NCBI GenBank assembly: GCA_934122395.1
Contig: CAKOWQ010000002.1
Span: 2,595 to 66,594, forward strand
Direction: 5' to 3'
From: an uncultured Bacilli bacterium
GTDB taxonomy: Bacteria > Bacillota_I > Bacilli_A > RF39 > UBA660
Length of the DNA stretch: 64,000 nt
Below, in pieces: positions 1-8,866 of this stretch (positions are counted from its first letter, which is position 1; every line of letters starts with the position of its first letter). The position numbers and the translations under genes are program-made. Below the pieces are notes generated by a model. The model was not told the origin of the DNA. It was given only the letters and a program-made list of their open reading frames with translations, and did no database searches.

Positions 1-3000
1 ATAATTGTTTTTATACATTTGTCTATTTTGTTCCACTTCTTCTACTTCATCATCTAATATTTCATTAGTTTTCTCATTCATATTTAATAATCTATTAACT
101 TCATTTAATCTTTTTTGTTTATCTTTTAACTCTTCTTCTTGATTAAATGGTTTGCCAAACTCTAATTTTGCTTTTTCAAGTTGAGTTTTTATTGTTTCAA
201 GTTCTGTTTGAGAGTCTAATAAATGACTTGATATATTATCTAGTGCATTATCAATTCTTGTAATATTTCCAAGTTCACTATTTCCTAGATTAACTACAAC
301 AGTAGAGTTTCTTTTTAAGATTAAGTTATATTCTTTCATAAAAGCAAAGAACTTTAACTCCATTTTAAATCCTTTATATTCTCCTATCTCTTTTGTTTCA
401 TCACTTATAATACTTTTGCATTCATCAATTATCTTTGCTCCTGCATCTTGCTTTTCAGAATATGTTATTCCATTAATAATCATACCAGTAAAACTATCTT
501 CATTACTATAATTATTATTTAGATATTCAATATCATTTTTATAATTTTCTATTTCTTTTTCTAGTTCTTTTATTCTATTAGGATACTTCTTTTTTATTCT
601 ATCTTCTAAATCATATTGTTCATTTAGATAGCTTTGTTTTAAAAGTTTTAATTTTGATACTTGAGTATCTAACTCGGTTTTTTCTATTATTAGTGGATTA
701 CCAGCTGCAAGTGCTTTTATTTCTGCATAAGAAAGTGCTACTTCATCTATATCTTCAGCACTTCTAACAGGTGTTTTAGATGTCATTATTTGAGATATGA
801 ACTTCTGTTTATTCTCTACTAACTGATAAAGGTAAGCATCAAATGTTTTTTCTGTTACATATCTATAAATATATACTTCTTTATTTTGATTTCCTTGTCT
901 TATAATTCTTCCACTTCTTTGTATTAAATCACTAGGTCGCCATGGACAATCTAAATCATGAAGTGCAATTAATCTATCTTGACAGTTTGTTCCAGCACCC
1001 ATTTTAACAGTGCTTCCCATTAAAACTCTTACTTGTCCTGCTCTAACTTTTGCAAATAATGCTTGTTTTTGTAATTCTGTATTAGCATTATGGATAAATT
1101 CTATTTCATTTTCTGGTATTCCTTTTGCTACTAATTTGTTTTTTAAATCAGTGTAAGCATCAAATGAGCCATCACCTTTTGGTGTTGATAAATCGCAAAA
1201 TACTAATTGAGCAGATTTTTTATCTTTTGTTTCTTCCCATATTCTATAAATATTTTGAGAACAAGTATCTATTTTACTATTCTCATAATCTGGTAATAAT
1301 TCATTTATTAGTCTTTGATCTAGTGCTATTTTTCTACCCTCATTAGTGATTTTAAGCATATTATCTTCTTTTGAATCTACTTCTCTATTTCTTACTTTTT
1401 CAGCTCGTTCTCCTAATGAATTTACTAAATCCAGTTGTGTTTGACTTGGTTTTATTACTACATTTTCATAATTTGCTTTTGGTAATGGCAAATTTAATGT
1501 ATCAGATGTTTTAATATCAGCGACTTCTATAAACATATTCATTAACTCTGGTAAGTTATAAAACTTGGCAAATCTTGTTTTAGTTCTATAACCAGTTCCC
1601 TCTGGTGCTAATTCTATTGCAGTTACTGTTTCTCCAAAAGTAGATGCCCAAGCATCAAAATGTTGTAACCTACTTTCTATTAGTTTATCGTATTGTAAGT
1701 ATCTTTGCATAGTGTATAGTTCCACCATAGAGTTAGAAATTGGTGTTCCAGTCGCAAATACTATTCCTTTTCCACCAGTTATTTCATCTAAATATCTACA
1801 TTTCATAAACAAGTCACTAGACTTTTGTGCTTCCGTTTGAGCAATACCACCTACATTTCTCATTTTAGTATAAAGATATAAGTTCTTATAATAATGTGCT
1901 TCATCAACAAATAATCTATCTACACCTAACTCTTCAAAAGTAATTACATCATCTTTTCTTGATGTACTATTTAGATTTGCTAACTTTTTCTCAATAGACT
2001 TCTGTGTTTTCATCAATGCTTTAATACTAAATCTTTCTCCGTTATGATTTTTTAAATCCTCAATTCCTTTTAATGTATCTTGAAGTTGCTGCTCTAATAT
2101 GGCAACTTGCCTTTTAATGGACATTGGTATTTTTTCAAATTGAGAGTGTCCTATAATTACTGCATCCCACTCTCCAGTAGCAATTCTTGAACAAAACTTT
2201 TTTCTATTTGCTGTTTCAAAATCTTTTTTAGTTGAAACAAGTATATTAGCACTAGGATATAATTGCAAGAACTCACTAGCAAATTGCTCTATTATATGAT
2301 TAGGTACTACAAATAAACTTTTATTGCAAAGTCCTAATCTTTTACTTTCCATAGCACTTGCTACCATTTCAAAAGTTTTACCAGCACCAACTTCATGAGC
2401 TAGTAAAGTATTTCCACCATATAAAACTCTTGCTATTGCATTTACTTGATGTGGTCTTAATGTTATTTCTGGATTTATTCCATCAAATGTTATATGACTG
2501 CCATCATATTCTCTTGGAATTATTGCATTAAACTTTTCATTGTAAAGATATGTTAATCTTTCTCTTCTTTCTTGGTCATTCCATACCCAATCTTGAAATG
2601 CCTGTTTAATTTTATCTTGTTTAGCTTGAGCTATTGCTGTTTCTTTTTTATTTAATACTGCAACTTTTTTCCCATTTTCATCATAGTTATAATCAAAGAT
2701 TTTAGTATCTCTTAAATTAAGTGCATCTTCTATTAGTCTATAAGCATTAGCTCTATTTGTTCCATAAGTAGATGTTACAGCAATAGTATTCCTATCACAA
2801 CTTTTATTTTCAATGTTCCATTCACCAGTCATATCAGAATAATGTGCTTTTACATCTCTTCTAGCATAGATACTAGCATCTATTAACTCTAAAATAAAAC
2901 TAGTAATTATATCTTCTGGTATCCATGTTGCACCTATTCTTATACTTATTTCAGTAGGTGGAATATCTTTTGGAATAACTTTCTTTAAGTATTCTACATT

Positions 3001-6000
3001 GATTTGATAACTATTATCTTCAAATGCAAACTGTCTTGCCACTTTTAGTTTTTCACGAACATTACCAGATAAATACTCATCAGCAGTAACCCAATGATTA
3101 GAATTACCATATTCAGGTACTCTAAATATTTCTCCTTCTAGTTCTTCAAGCATTTTGTCTGTATCCAGTCCACATAACTTTTGCATATATGATATATCAA
3201 CTTTTGCTTTTTCTTGTATTGATACTATTAAAGCATCTCTTGCATTTTCAATAATTCTTTCTTTTGATTTCGGTTTAATTGTTCTTTTGTTAAATAAATC
3301 AGCTTTTCTTTTTAGATTTCCATTTTCATCTAAAACTTCAAGTGAACATAAAAGAAAATAACTTCCATCATTTGAAAATACACTAGCATTACCACGACTG
3401 TTGATAAGTCCATACTTTTTAACAAACTTATCATATAATTCGTTTAACTCTTTTTGTTTATCTTGTATTTCTTCATCACTAGCATTATCTAGCTGCAAGT
3501 TAATAATTTCTCTTGTTATATCTCTTAATTTAACTAAATTCTTAACTCTATTTTCAGCAGTTTCTGATAAGTTTTGAGGATACATTCTACTATTTTCTCT
3601 ATAATAAATTACATTATCAATTAAAGCATAAGAAAAGTTTTTTACATTTATATCAGCTTCAATAGATAAATCTTCATTATCTGCTATATCATCAATCTTA
3701 TAATCTTTTATTTCTGCTTTAACATTTGGTATTGCATTATTAAGCATTTCTTCTAAATTCATACCATCTACAGGAATACAAGCAGGTTCTTCTCCAAATG
3801 GTGTTGATATTAATTCCATTTTTCCTAGTATCATTTGTGGATTATCAACGAAATATTTATTTATTCTTAAATTATTTTCATCAGTATCAATATTTATCCA
3901 GTCTGGCATTATATCTGTAATTGAATCTCTTTTTTGAAGAAATATTATATCTGATGTAACTGTTGTTCCAGCACTATCTTTAAATACATTATTAGGTAGT
4001 CTTATAGCACCAATTAAATCTGCTCTGCTTGCTACATACTTTCTTACATCATCATTCTTTTTATCCATAAATCCTTGAGATGTAATAAATGCTATTATTC
4101 CTCCTGGTCTTACTTTATCTATGGCTTTTGCAAAAAAGTAATCATGTATTAAGAAGTTTCTCATATCATATTTCTTATCGCTTACAGGAATATTTCCAAA
4201 TGGAACATTTCCTATTGCAACATCAAAAAAAGAATTTGAATAGTTTACTTCTTCAAATCCTTTAACTGCGATAGATGACTTTTGATATAACTGTCTTGCT
4301 ATATTTCCACTAATTATATCTTTTTCTACTCCATATATTTTTAACTTATCATTATTCGGTAAAAGTCCAATAAAGTTTCCTATACCACAACCGGGTTCTA
4401 ATATATTCCCTTTATCAAGTCCCATATTGGATAAAGCTTTATACATTGCTTTAATTACCACTGGTGGTGTATAAAAAGCTGTTAAAGTTGATTCTTTTGC
4501 TTGAATATATTCTTCTTCAGTTAGAAGTTCTTTTAATTCATAATACTCATCAGTCCATCTATCTGGATCAAAAGCATCTGATAATCCACCCCAACCAACA
4601 TAATTAGAAAGTATTTCTTGTTCTTCACTTGTAGCATATCTATTTTCTTTCTCACACTTTCTTAAAACATTTATTGCTTTAATATTATTTCTATACCTTT
4701 CTTTTGGTGTTCCCACTCCTAAATAATCAGTATGTATCTTGTAATTTATTCTATCTTCTAATGGTACTTCTGGATGAAGAACATAACTAACTTCTCTTGG
4801 TTTTGTTTTAATAGGAACTTCTATTTTATCTTCTTTTAAATCATCAATTATTAAAGTATTATCTTTATTATTTATATCCTCTAATACTTCTTCTTTATCA
4901 ACACTTAAATCTAATACTTTATCATCAAAGTTATGATAATAAACATATATACTATCTGGAGTAACCCTTATAGCAAAGTCTTTATCTTTTTCAAGCATTT
5001 TAAATAGTTTATTACTTTCTATTTGCTCTTTTAACCTTAATTCACTTGTTTTATCAGTATTAAAATATGTAAAACTAGTATCGTGATTAGTATTATTACT
5101 ACTTTCTAATGATATTGTTAGATTTCTTTTTTTAGATTTAATATGTTCCCATTTTTCTAATTCTACTTTTTTTATTTCAAAACTATTTTCCCATATTGTA
5201 TCTTTAGAACACTTATTAAACATATCAACTATAACATCAGCAAACTCTTGCTCTTTAGTGGCAAACAAAGATAACTGTGCTTTCTCACTTCTTGGCATTA
5301 CTATTTTTTCTTTTTCAGTTGGTAATTTAGTTTCTTCCTTTTCATATTTATTAGCATAGTTTTTTAATTTATTATAATCTTCCTCATTTAATAATGTGGG
5401 AATATTATTATCATTATAATTAAATAATTCATCAAATATAAACTTATAAAACTCTTTACCATACCAAATATTATCATCATCCATTGCTATCAGATTATCT
5501 TTATCATCATACATCAATTCAATATCATTTATCTTGTATTTATTTAATACATCATAAAGTAATCCTATTTCTCCATCAGTTTTATCATACATATAAATAA
5601 CTGAAGAAAATTCATCATTAAATATTTGTTCTAACTTATCAAATAAAGCATCTGTTGATAATCCTTTATTAAACCAATCTGCCTCTACTATTTCGTTTTC
5701 CCAGGTATCCTCATTTGTTCTAGTTCCTAATTCTACTGTTGCTATTCCATTTATATAATGAAGTTCTACACAGTATAAATTAGTTTTAACTCTTGCTACT
5801 GTAAATGAGTTAGTATCATCTAAATCTTCTAAATTAGTTATTAACTCACTTTCAACAATATCTTTTCTACTATCTGAAAAAAGAATACTGTTGTTAGTAT
5901 TCTCTTGATTTAGTTGAAGATTAACTCCCTCATCACTATTTCCTCTGCTTGATTCTTCAAGTTGTTCATTAGTCCTGTCCACTTCATTGGATCTTCCATC

Positions 6001-7095
6001 TTCAAGTTCTCTGTTATATTCTCTTGTGCTATCAATTCTTTCATTATCAAGTTCACTCTCATCTCGGCTGTTGTATCTATCTCCAATAGGTGTTCTGTTA
6101 GTGTATCCTTGATTTTCATTTGCTCGTATAAAGGTTTCTTCTTGCTCTTTAGGTAATCCAACCTCATAAAACCATATTTCCCTATGTTGAAGTTTCTCTC
6201 TTTCACTTTCAAGTTCGGTATCTTGTAATCTCCTACTGTTTTGTAAGTTATCATTTACTTCACTCCTCTCCTTTAATTCATCTTTAGCATAAACTATATT
6301 TTTATCATTATCAAATGTACGAATTTTTTCTATTTCGCTTATTCTTATATTTTTTAATGTTTCATAAATATTAAGCAGTGTCATTTTACTTATATCACTT
6401 GTAGCAGTTCCTAAACTTACAACACTCTCTATATCTTGAAACATTATAATATCTTGAAAATCAGTATATAAAAACTCTTTATCAGCATTACCCACACATT
6501 TATTTATAAGCATATAAGCAATACTTTTTTGAAGTAAGTTTTTATATTTTTGAATAATTAAATCATTATCTATATTTATGAGTCTCGTATTTTCTTTATT
6601 ATCTAGTAAATAATCAATATAATCTGTTATGTTATCTTCCACTAAATTAGTTGCAACTGATTTTAAACTATCAATAAAAGTATCTTTATTTTCTAATTCT
6701 CCATATCTATTTTCTAGTGCCTCTACAACTTGATCTTGATAAGCTATTCCTACATTCCAAACTCTAACCTTTTTACCTTTTCTACCATACATACTTTGAG
6801 TATCTGATACATCCCATACATATCTTATAGATGGTTTGCCATACTTTTCAGTTATTAGTGCTATACCACTATGACCTTTTTTAATTATTCTATTTAATTT
6901 ACTATTCCAAGTATCATAACTAGCACAAGCTATAGCAGTTGGTCTTTGAGCATATATAAGTAATTGCTCATCAAAATCATACTTATAGTTCTTTGAGGCA
7001 CAACTTAAAAACGATTGCCATTTTCTTGAATCAGAGGTTATATCAGCAATCGTTTCATTATAGACTTCTTTAATATCTACTAATGTTGTAGCCAT
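1..7095 (-). CDS. Giant conjugative-element protein (C-terminus beyond window start, more than 2360 aa). Domains in order: ArdC-like N-terminal domain, acidic repeat linker, N6-adenine DNA methyltransferase, SNF2/DEXH helicase, coiled-coil tail.
   Basis: Continuous minus-strand reading frame from ATG at 7095 (SD GAGAGG 8 nt upstream) to position 1 with no stop found by manual translation. MTase motif I 'LEPGCGIGNF' (~4370-4400) and motif IV 'GNVPFG' (~4195-4212). Helicase motif I 'AHEVGAGKTF' (~2385-2400), motif II 'LFVDEAHYYKN' (~1895-1915) and C-terminal helicase motifs. N-terminus 'YDTWNSKLNRIIKKGHSGIALI' resembles ArdC-N ssDNA-binding domains. Absent from the ORF track only because no stop codon lies in the window. 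Confidence 0.7.
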   Translation of the reverse strand, partial: MATTLVDIKEVYNETIADITSDSRKWQSFLSCASKNYKYDFDEQLLIYAQRPTAIACASYDTWNSKLNRIIKKGHSGIALITEKYGKPSIRYVWDVSDTQSMYGRKGKKVRVWNVGIAYQDQVVEALENRYGELENKDTFIDSLKSVATNLVEDNITDYIDYLLDNKENTRLINIDNDLIIQKYKNLLQKSIAYMLINKCVGNADKEFLYTDFQDIIMFQDIESVVSLGTATSDISKMTLLNIYETLKNIRISEIEKIRTFDNDKNIVYAKDELKERSEVNDNLQNSRRLQDTELESEREKLQHREIWFYEVGLPKEQEETFIRANENQGYTNRTPIGDRYNSRDESELDNERIDSTREYNRELEDGRSNEVDRTNEQLEESSRGNSDEGVNLQLNQENTNNSILFSDSRKDIVESELITNLEDLDDTNSFTVARVKTNLYCVELHYINGIATVELGTRTNEDTWENEIVEADWFNKGLSTDALFDKLEQIFNDEFSSVIYMYDKTDGEIGLLYDVLNKYKINDIELMYDDKDNLIAMDDDNIWYGKEFYKFIFDELFNYNDNNIPTLLNEEDYNKLKNYANKYEKEETKLPTEKEKIVMPRSEKAQLSLFATKEQEFADVIVDMFNKCSKDTIWENSFEIKKVELEKWEHIKSKKRNLTISLESSNNTNHDTSFTYFNTDKTSELRLKEQIESNKLFKMLEKDKDFAIRVTPDSIYVYYHNFDDKVLDLSVDKEEVLEDINNKDNTLIIDDLKEDKIEVPIKTKPREVSYVLHPEVPLEDRINYKIHTDYLGVGTPKERYRNNIKAINVLRKCEKENRYATSEEQEILSNYVGWGGLSDAFDPDRWTDEYYELKELLTEEEYIQAKESTLTAFYTPPVVIKAMYKALSNMGLDKGNILEPGCGIGNFIGLLPNNDKLKIYGVEKDIISGNIARQLYQKSSIAVKGFEEVNYSNSFFDVAIGNVPFGNIPVSDKKYDMRNFLIHDYFFAKAIDKVRPGGIIAFITSQGFMDKKNDDVRKYVASRADLIGAIRLPNNVFKDSAGTTVTSDIIFLQKRDSITDIMPDWINIDTDENNLRINKYFVDNPQMILGKMELISTPFGEEPACIPVDGMNLEEMLNNAIPNVKAEIKDYKIDDIADNEDLSIEADINVKNFSYALIDNVIYYRENSRMYPQNLSETAENRVKNLVKLRDITREIINLQLDNASDEEIQDKQKELNELYDKFVKKYGLINSRGNASVFSNDGSYFLLCSLEVLDENGNLKRKADLFNKRTIKPKSKERIIENARDALIVSIQEKAKVDISYMQKLCGLDTDKMLEELEGEIFRVPEYGNSNHWVTADEYLSGNVREKLKVARQFAFEDNSYQINVEYLKKVIPKDIPPTEISIRIGATWIPEDIITSFILELIDASIYARRDVKAHYSDMTGEWNIENKSCDRNTIAVTSTYGTNRANAYRLIEDALNLRDTKIFDYNYDENGKKVAVLNKKETAIAQAKQDKIKQAFQDWVWNDQERRERLTYLYNEKFNAIIPREYDGSHITFDGINPEITLRPHQVNAIARVLYGGNTLLAHEVGAGKTFEMVASAMESKRLGLCNKSLFVVPNHIIEQFASEFLQLYPSANILVSTKKDFETANRKKFCSRIATGEWDAVIIGHSQFEKIPMSIKRQVAILEQQLQDTLKGIEDLKNHNGERFSIKALMKTQKSIEKKLANLNSTSRKDDVITFEELGVDRLFVDEAHYYKNLYLYTKMRNVGGIAQTEAQKSSDLFMKCRYLDEITGGKGIVFATGTPISNSMVELYTMQRYLQYDKLIESRLQHFDAWASTFGETVTAIELAPEGTGYRTKTRFAKFYNLPELMNMFIEVADIKTSDTLNLPLPKANYENVVIKPSQTQLDLVNSLGERAEKVRNREVDSKEDNMLKITNEGRKIALDQRLINELLPDYENSKIDTCSQNIYRIWEETKDKKSAQLVFCDLSTPKGDGSFDAYTDLKNKLVAKGIPENEIEFIHNANTELQKQALFAKVRAGQVRVLMGSTVKMGAGTNCQDRLIALHDLDCPWRPSDLIQRSGRIIRQGNQNKEVYIYRYVTEKTFDAYLYQLVENKQKFISQIMTSKTPVRSAEDIDEVALSYAEIKALAAGNPLIIEKTELDTQVSKLKLLKQSYLNEQYDLEDRIKKKYPNRIKELEKEIENYKNDIEYLNNNYSNEDSFTGMIINGITYSEKQDAGAKIIDECKSIISDETKEIGEYKGFKMELKFFAFMKEYNLILKRNSTVVVNLGNSELGNITRIDNALDNISSHLLDSQTELETIKTQLEKAKLEFGKPFNQEEELKDKQKRLNEVNRLLNMNEKTNEILDDEVEEVEQNRQMYKNNY

Positions 7096-7114
7096 TTAAT
7101 TTACCTCTCTTTCT

Positions 7115-7438
7115 TTATTTTTTTTGTTCTCTATTTTCAATTAACTTACTATAATAATCTTCTACATTATCATTTTTTTCAGCTCGTAATAATAATTGCC
7201 AAATCATATCACTTGCTTCGTTAGGAAAAAATCTTACATCTACAAATTCTATATCATCATTATTAACTCTTGGTACTGAATATGTAAGTAATTTATTCTT
7301 TAATTTTTCTGCAGTTGTTGAAAACTTTTCATCTTCAATATTCATCTTTATATTAAAATCTAAAATACCAACTAATTGATTAAATAAATCTTTACATAAT
7401 GATAATTGTGTAGATGGTGTTCTTGTTTGATGTGGCAT
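7115..7438 (-). CDS. Hypothetical protein (107 aa), leading-region small ORF.
   Basis: ORF track. Tightly packed between the sortase cluster and the giant MTase/helicase, same strand, near-overlapping neighbours. No recognisable motif. Confidence 0.4.
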   Translation of the reverse strand: MPHQTRTPSTQLSLCKDLFNQLVGILDFNIKMNIEDEKFSTTAEKLKNKLLTYSVPRVNNDDIEFVDVRFFPNEASDMIWQLLLRAEKNDNVEDYYSKLIENREQKK

Positions 7439-7743
7439 TATATCTTCACTCCTCTCCTAATTGTTTTTGGGAATATTACTAAACAATCATCTATTTCTTC
7501 ACTTTTGTTACTATTCCCTAATAATTCTCCTCTAATTTCAATGTATGTATTTTTATTTATTTCTGGGAAATCATTTATACAAGGTGTAAATAATATAAAT
7601 GATATATAGTTATTAACTCTTTCAATCTTATTATCATTTATAACTTTCATCTTTGTAGGTATTTCTAAAATAAATCTTGTAAATAATTCATTATCAAATA
7701 CATCTTTCTTTATAACTTTACCTGATATTTTTATTTCATTCAT
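7438..7743 (-). CDS. Hypothetical protein (101 aa), possibly an OB-fold/SSB-like protein.
   Basis: ORF track. N-terminus 'MNEIKISGKVIKKDVF..ELFTRFILEI' resembles the N-terminal strand pattern of plasmid SSBs (MN.v.L.GrL...). Start overlaps the stop of the upstream ORF (ATGA-type coupling). Confidence 0.3.
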   Translation of the reverse strand: MNEIKISGKVIKKDVFDNELFTRFILEIPTKMKVINDNKIERVNNYISFILFTPCINDFPEINKNTYIEIRGELLGNSNKSEEIDDCLVIFPKTIRRGVKI

Positions 7744-7967
7744 CTTTCATCACTCCTATCTTTATCTTTATTTAACGACACTTGTTCTACTACTTTACTT
7801 TCTTTTATTTCTACATCTATATTTTTAGATAGTTTATCTTTTATATCTTTAACTGTAATACTATCTAATGTATCTTTTAATATTCTTCTAGCTTCTTCTT
7901 CATTTTCTGCTACTACAGTTATTTTCATTCTTTCGTATAAATTAACATTAAACTCATAATTATTCAT
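7740..7967 (-). CDS. Hypothetical protein (75 aa).
   Basis: ORF track. 4-nt overlap with the downstream ORF, consistent with an operon of small leading-region genes. Confidence 0.35.
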   Translation of the reverse strand: MNNYEFNVNLYERMKITVVAENEEEARRILKDTLDSITVKDIKDKLSKNIDVEIKESKVVEQVSLNKDKDRSDER

Positions 7968-8208
7968 TTTCTTTTCCTCCTTTTATTTCTTCGCTATTAC
8001 TTAAAAAAGCAATTATTTGTCTATTCTTAATTGCTTTCTTTAAATCTAATAAAATAATTATTTCATTACCATTTACATCTTGTATTTTTGTTAAATCATC
8101 TAATTTTATATTTAAAATATCTTTTTCAGTTTTAAATCCTGCTTTAAATATTTTCTCTAATACTTTTGTTATTTGACTTAAATTATACTTATTCATAGTT
8201 TTCCTCAC
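7960..8208 (-). CDS. Hypothetical protein (82 aa).
   Basis: ORF track. 8-nt overlap with the neighbouring ORF. No recognisable motif. Confidence 0.35.
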   Translation of the reverse strand: MRKTMNKYNLSQITKVLEKIFKAGFKTEKDILNIKLDDLTKIQDVNGNEIIILLDLKKAIKNRQIIAFLSNSEEIKGGKENE

Positions 8209-8866
8209 TTTCTAGTTCTAAAATATAAACTATTTGCTTTGTTTTATCAGTTTGACTACAAGTAATTAAAGTTAAAGTATTCTTTTTATTATCTCTATGA
8301 ATTACAACTTTTCCTGTCTTATCAACATCATATTTTCCTGCTACTTTATATGTATATTTAATATTATTAAAATAAACATAGGCAACATCATCATTGCTTA
8401 ATTTATATAGATTTTTAAAATATGATATATAACTATTTCCAGAATGAGCAGCAATTATAAGATTTCCATTTTTAACATCTGGCATATCACTACCCTTTAT
8501 TACTTGTAAGTTTTTATTAACATTATTACCTTTATCATTGATATTTAAAAATCCTCTTTTTACATTTATTTTAGGTATTTCAAGAACTCCAATATAACTA
8601 TAATTTGGTGTTTTCTTTTCTTCTTGTTTTGGTTGTTCTTGAGTATCTTCATCATCAATATCAACTTTTATTACTTCAACTTCTTCTTTACCAATATTTA
8701 AAAACTCTTGGGCTTTTTTATAATCTCTTAGTTCTATGTAATAGTTATAACCAATTCTACCTATATACATAAAAGCACCAGTTAAGAATATGAAAGAAGC
8801 AACTAGTTTAATTAGTTGCTCCCTTTTATTTACATTTTTATTTTCTTTTGTTCTTTTTAGAAACAT
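8189..8866 (-). CDS. Sortase (cysteine transpeptidase).
   Basis: N-terminal TM anchor. Active-site His region 'LIIAAHSG' and catalytic Cys motif 'TLTLITC' (TLxTC). Sits immediately downstream of, and overlapping, its likely substrate gene. Confidence 0.75.
   Translation of the reverse strand: MFLKRTKENKNVNKREQLIKLVASFIFLTGAFMYIGRIGYNYYIELRDYKKAQEFLNIGKEEVEVIKVDIDDEDTQEQPKQEEKKTPNYSYIGVLEIPKINVKRGFLNINDKGNNVNKNLQVIKGSDMPDVKNGNLIIAAHSGNSYISYFKNLYKLSNDDVAYVYFNNIKYTYKVAGKYDVDKTGKVVIHRDNKKNTLTLITCSQTDKTKQIVYILELESEENYE

Noticed and set aside
5910-6254. ORF-track CDS (minus, 114 aa) and the overlapping plus-strand ORF 5962-6156.
   Set aside because: Both lie inside the giant methylase/helicase gene. 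The minus-strand one is an alternative frame of the acidic repeat linker that happens to stay open. The true frame is the one continuous from 7095.
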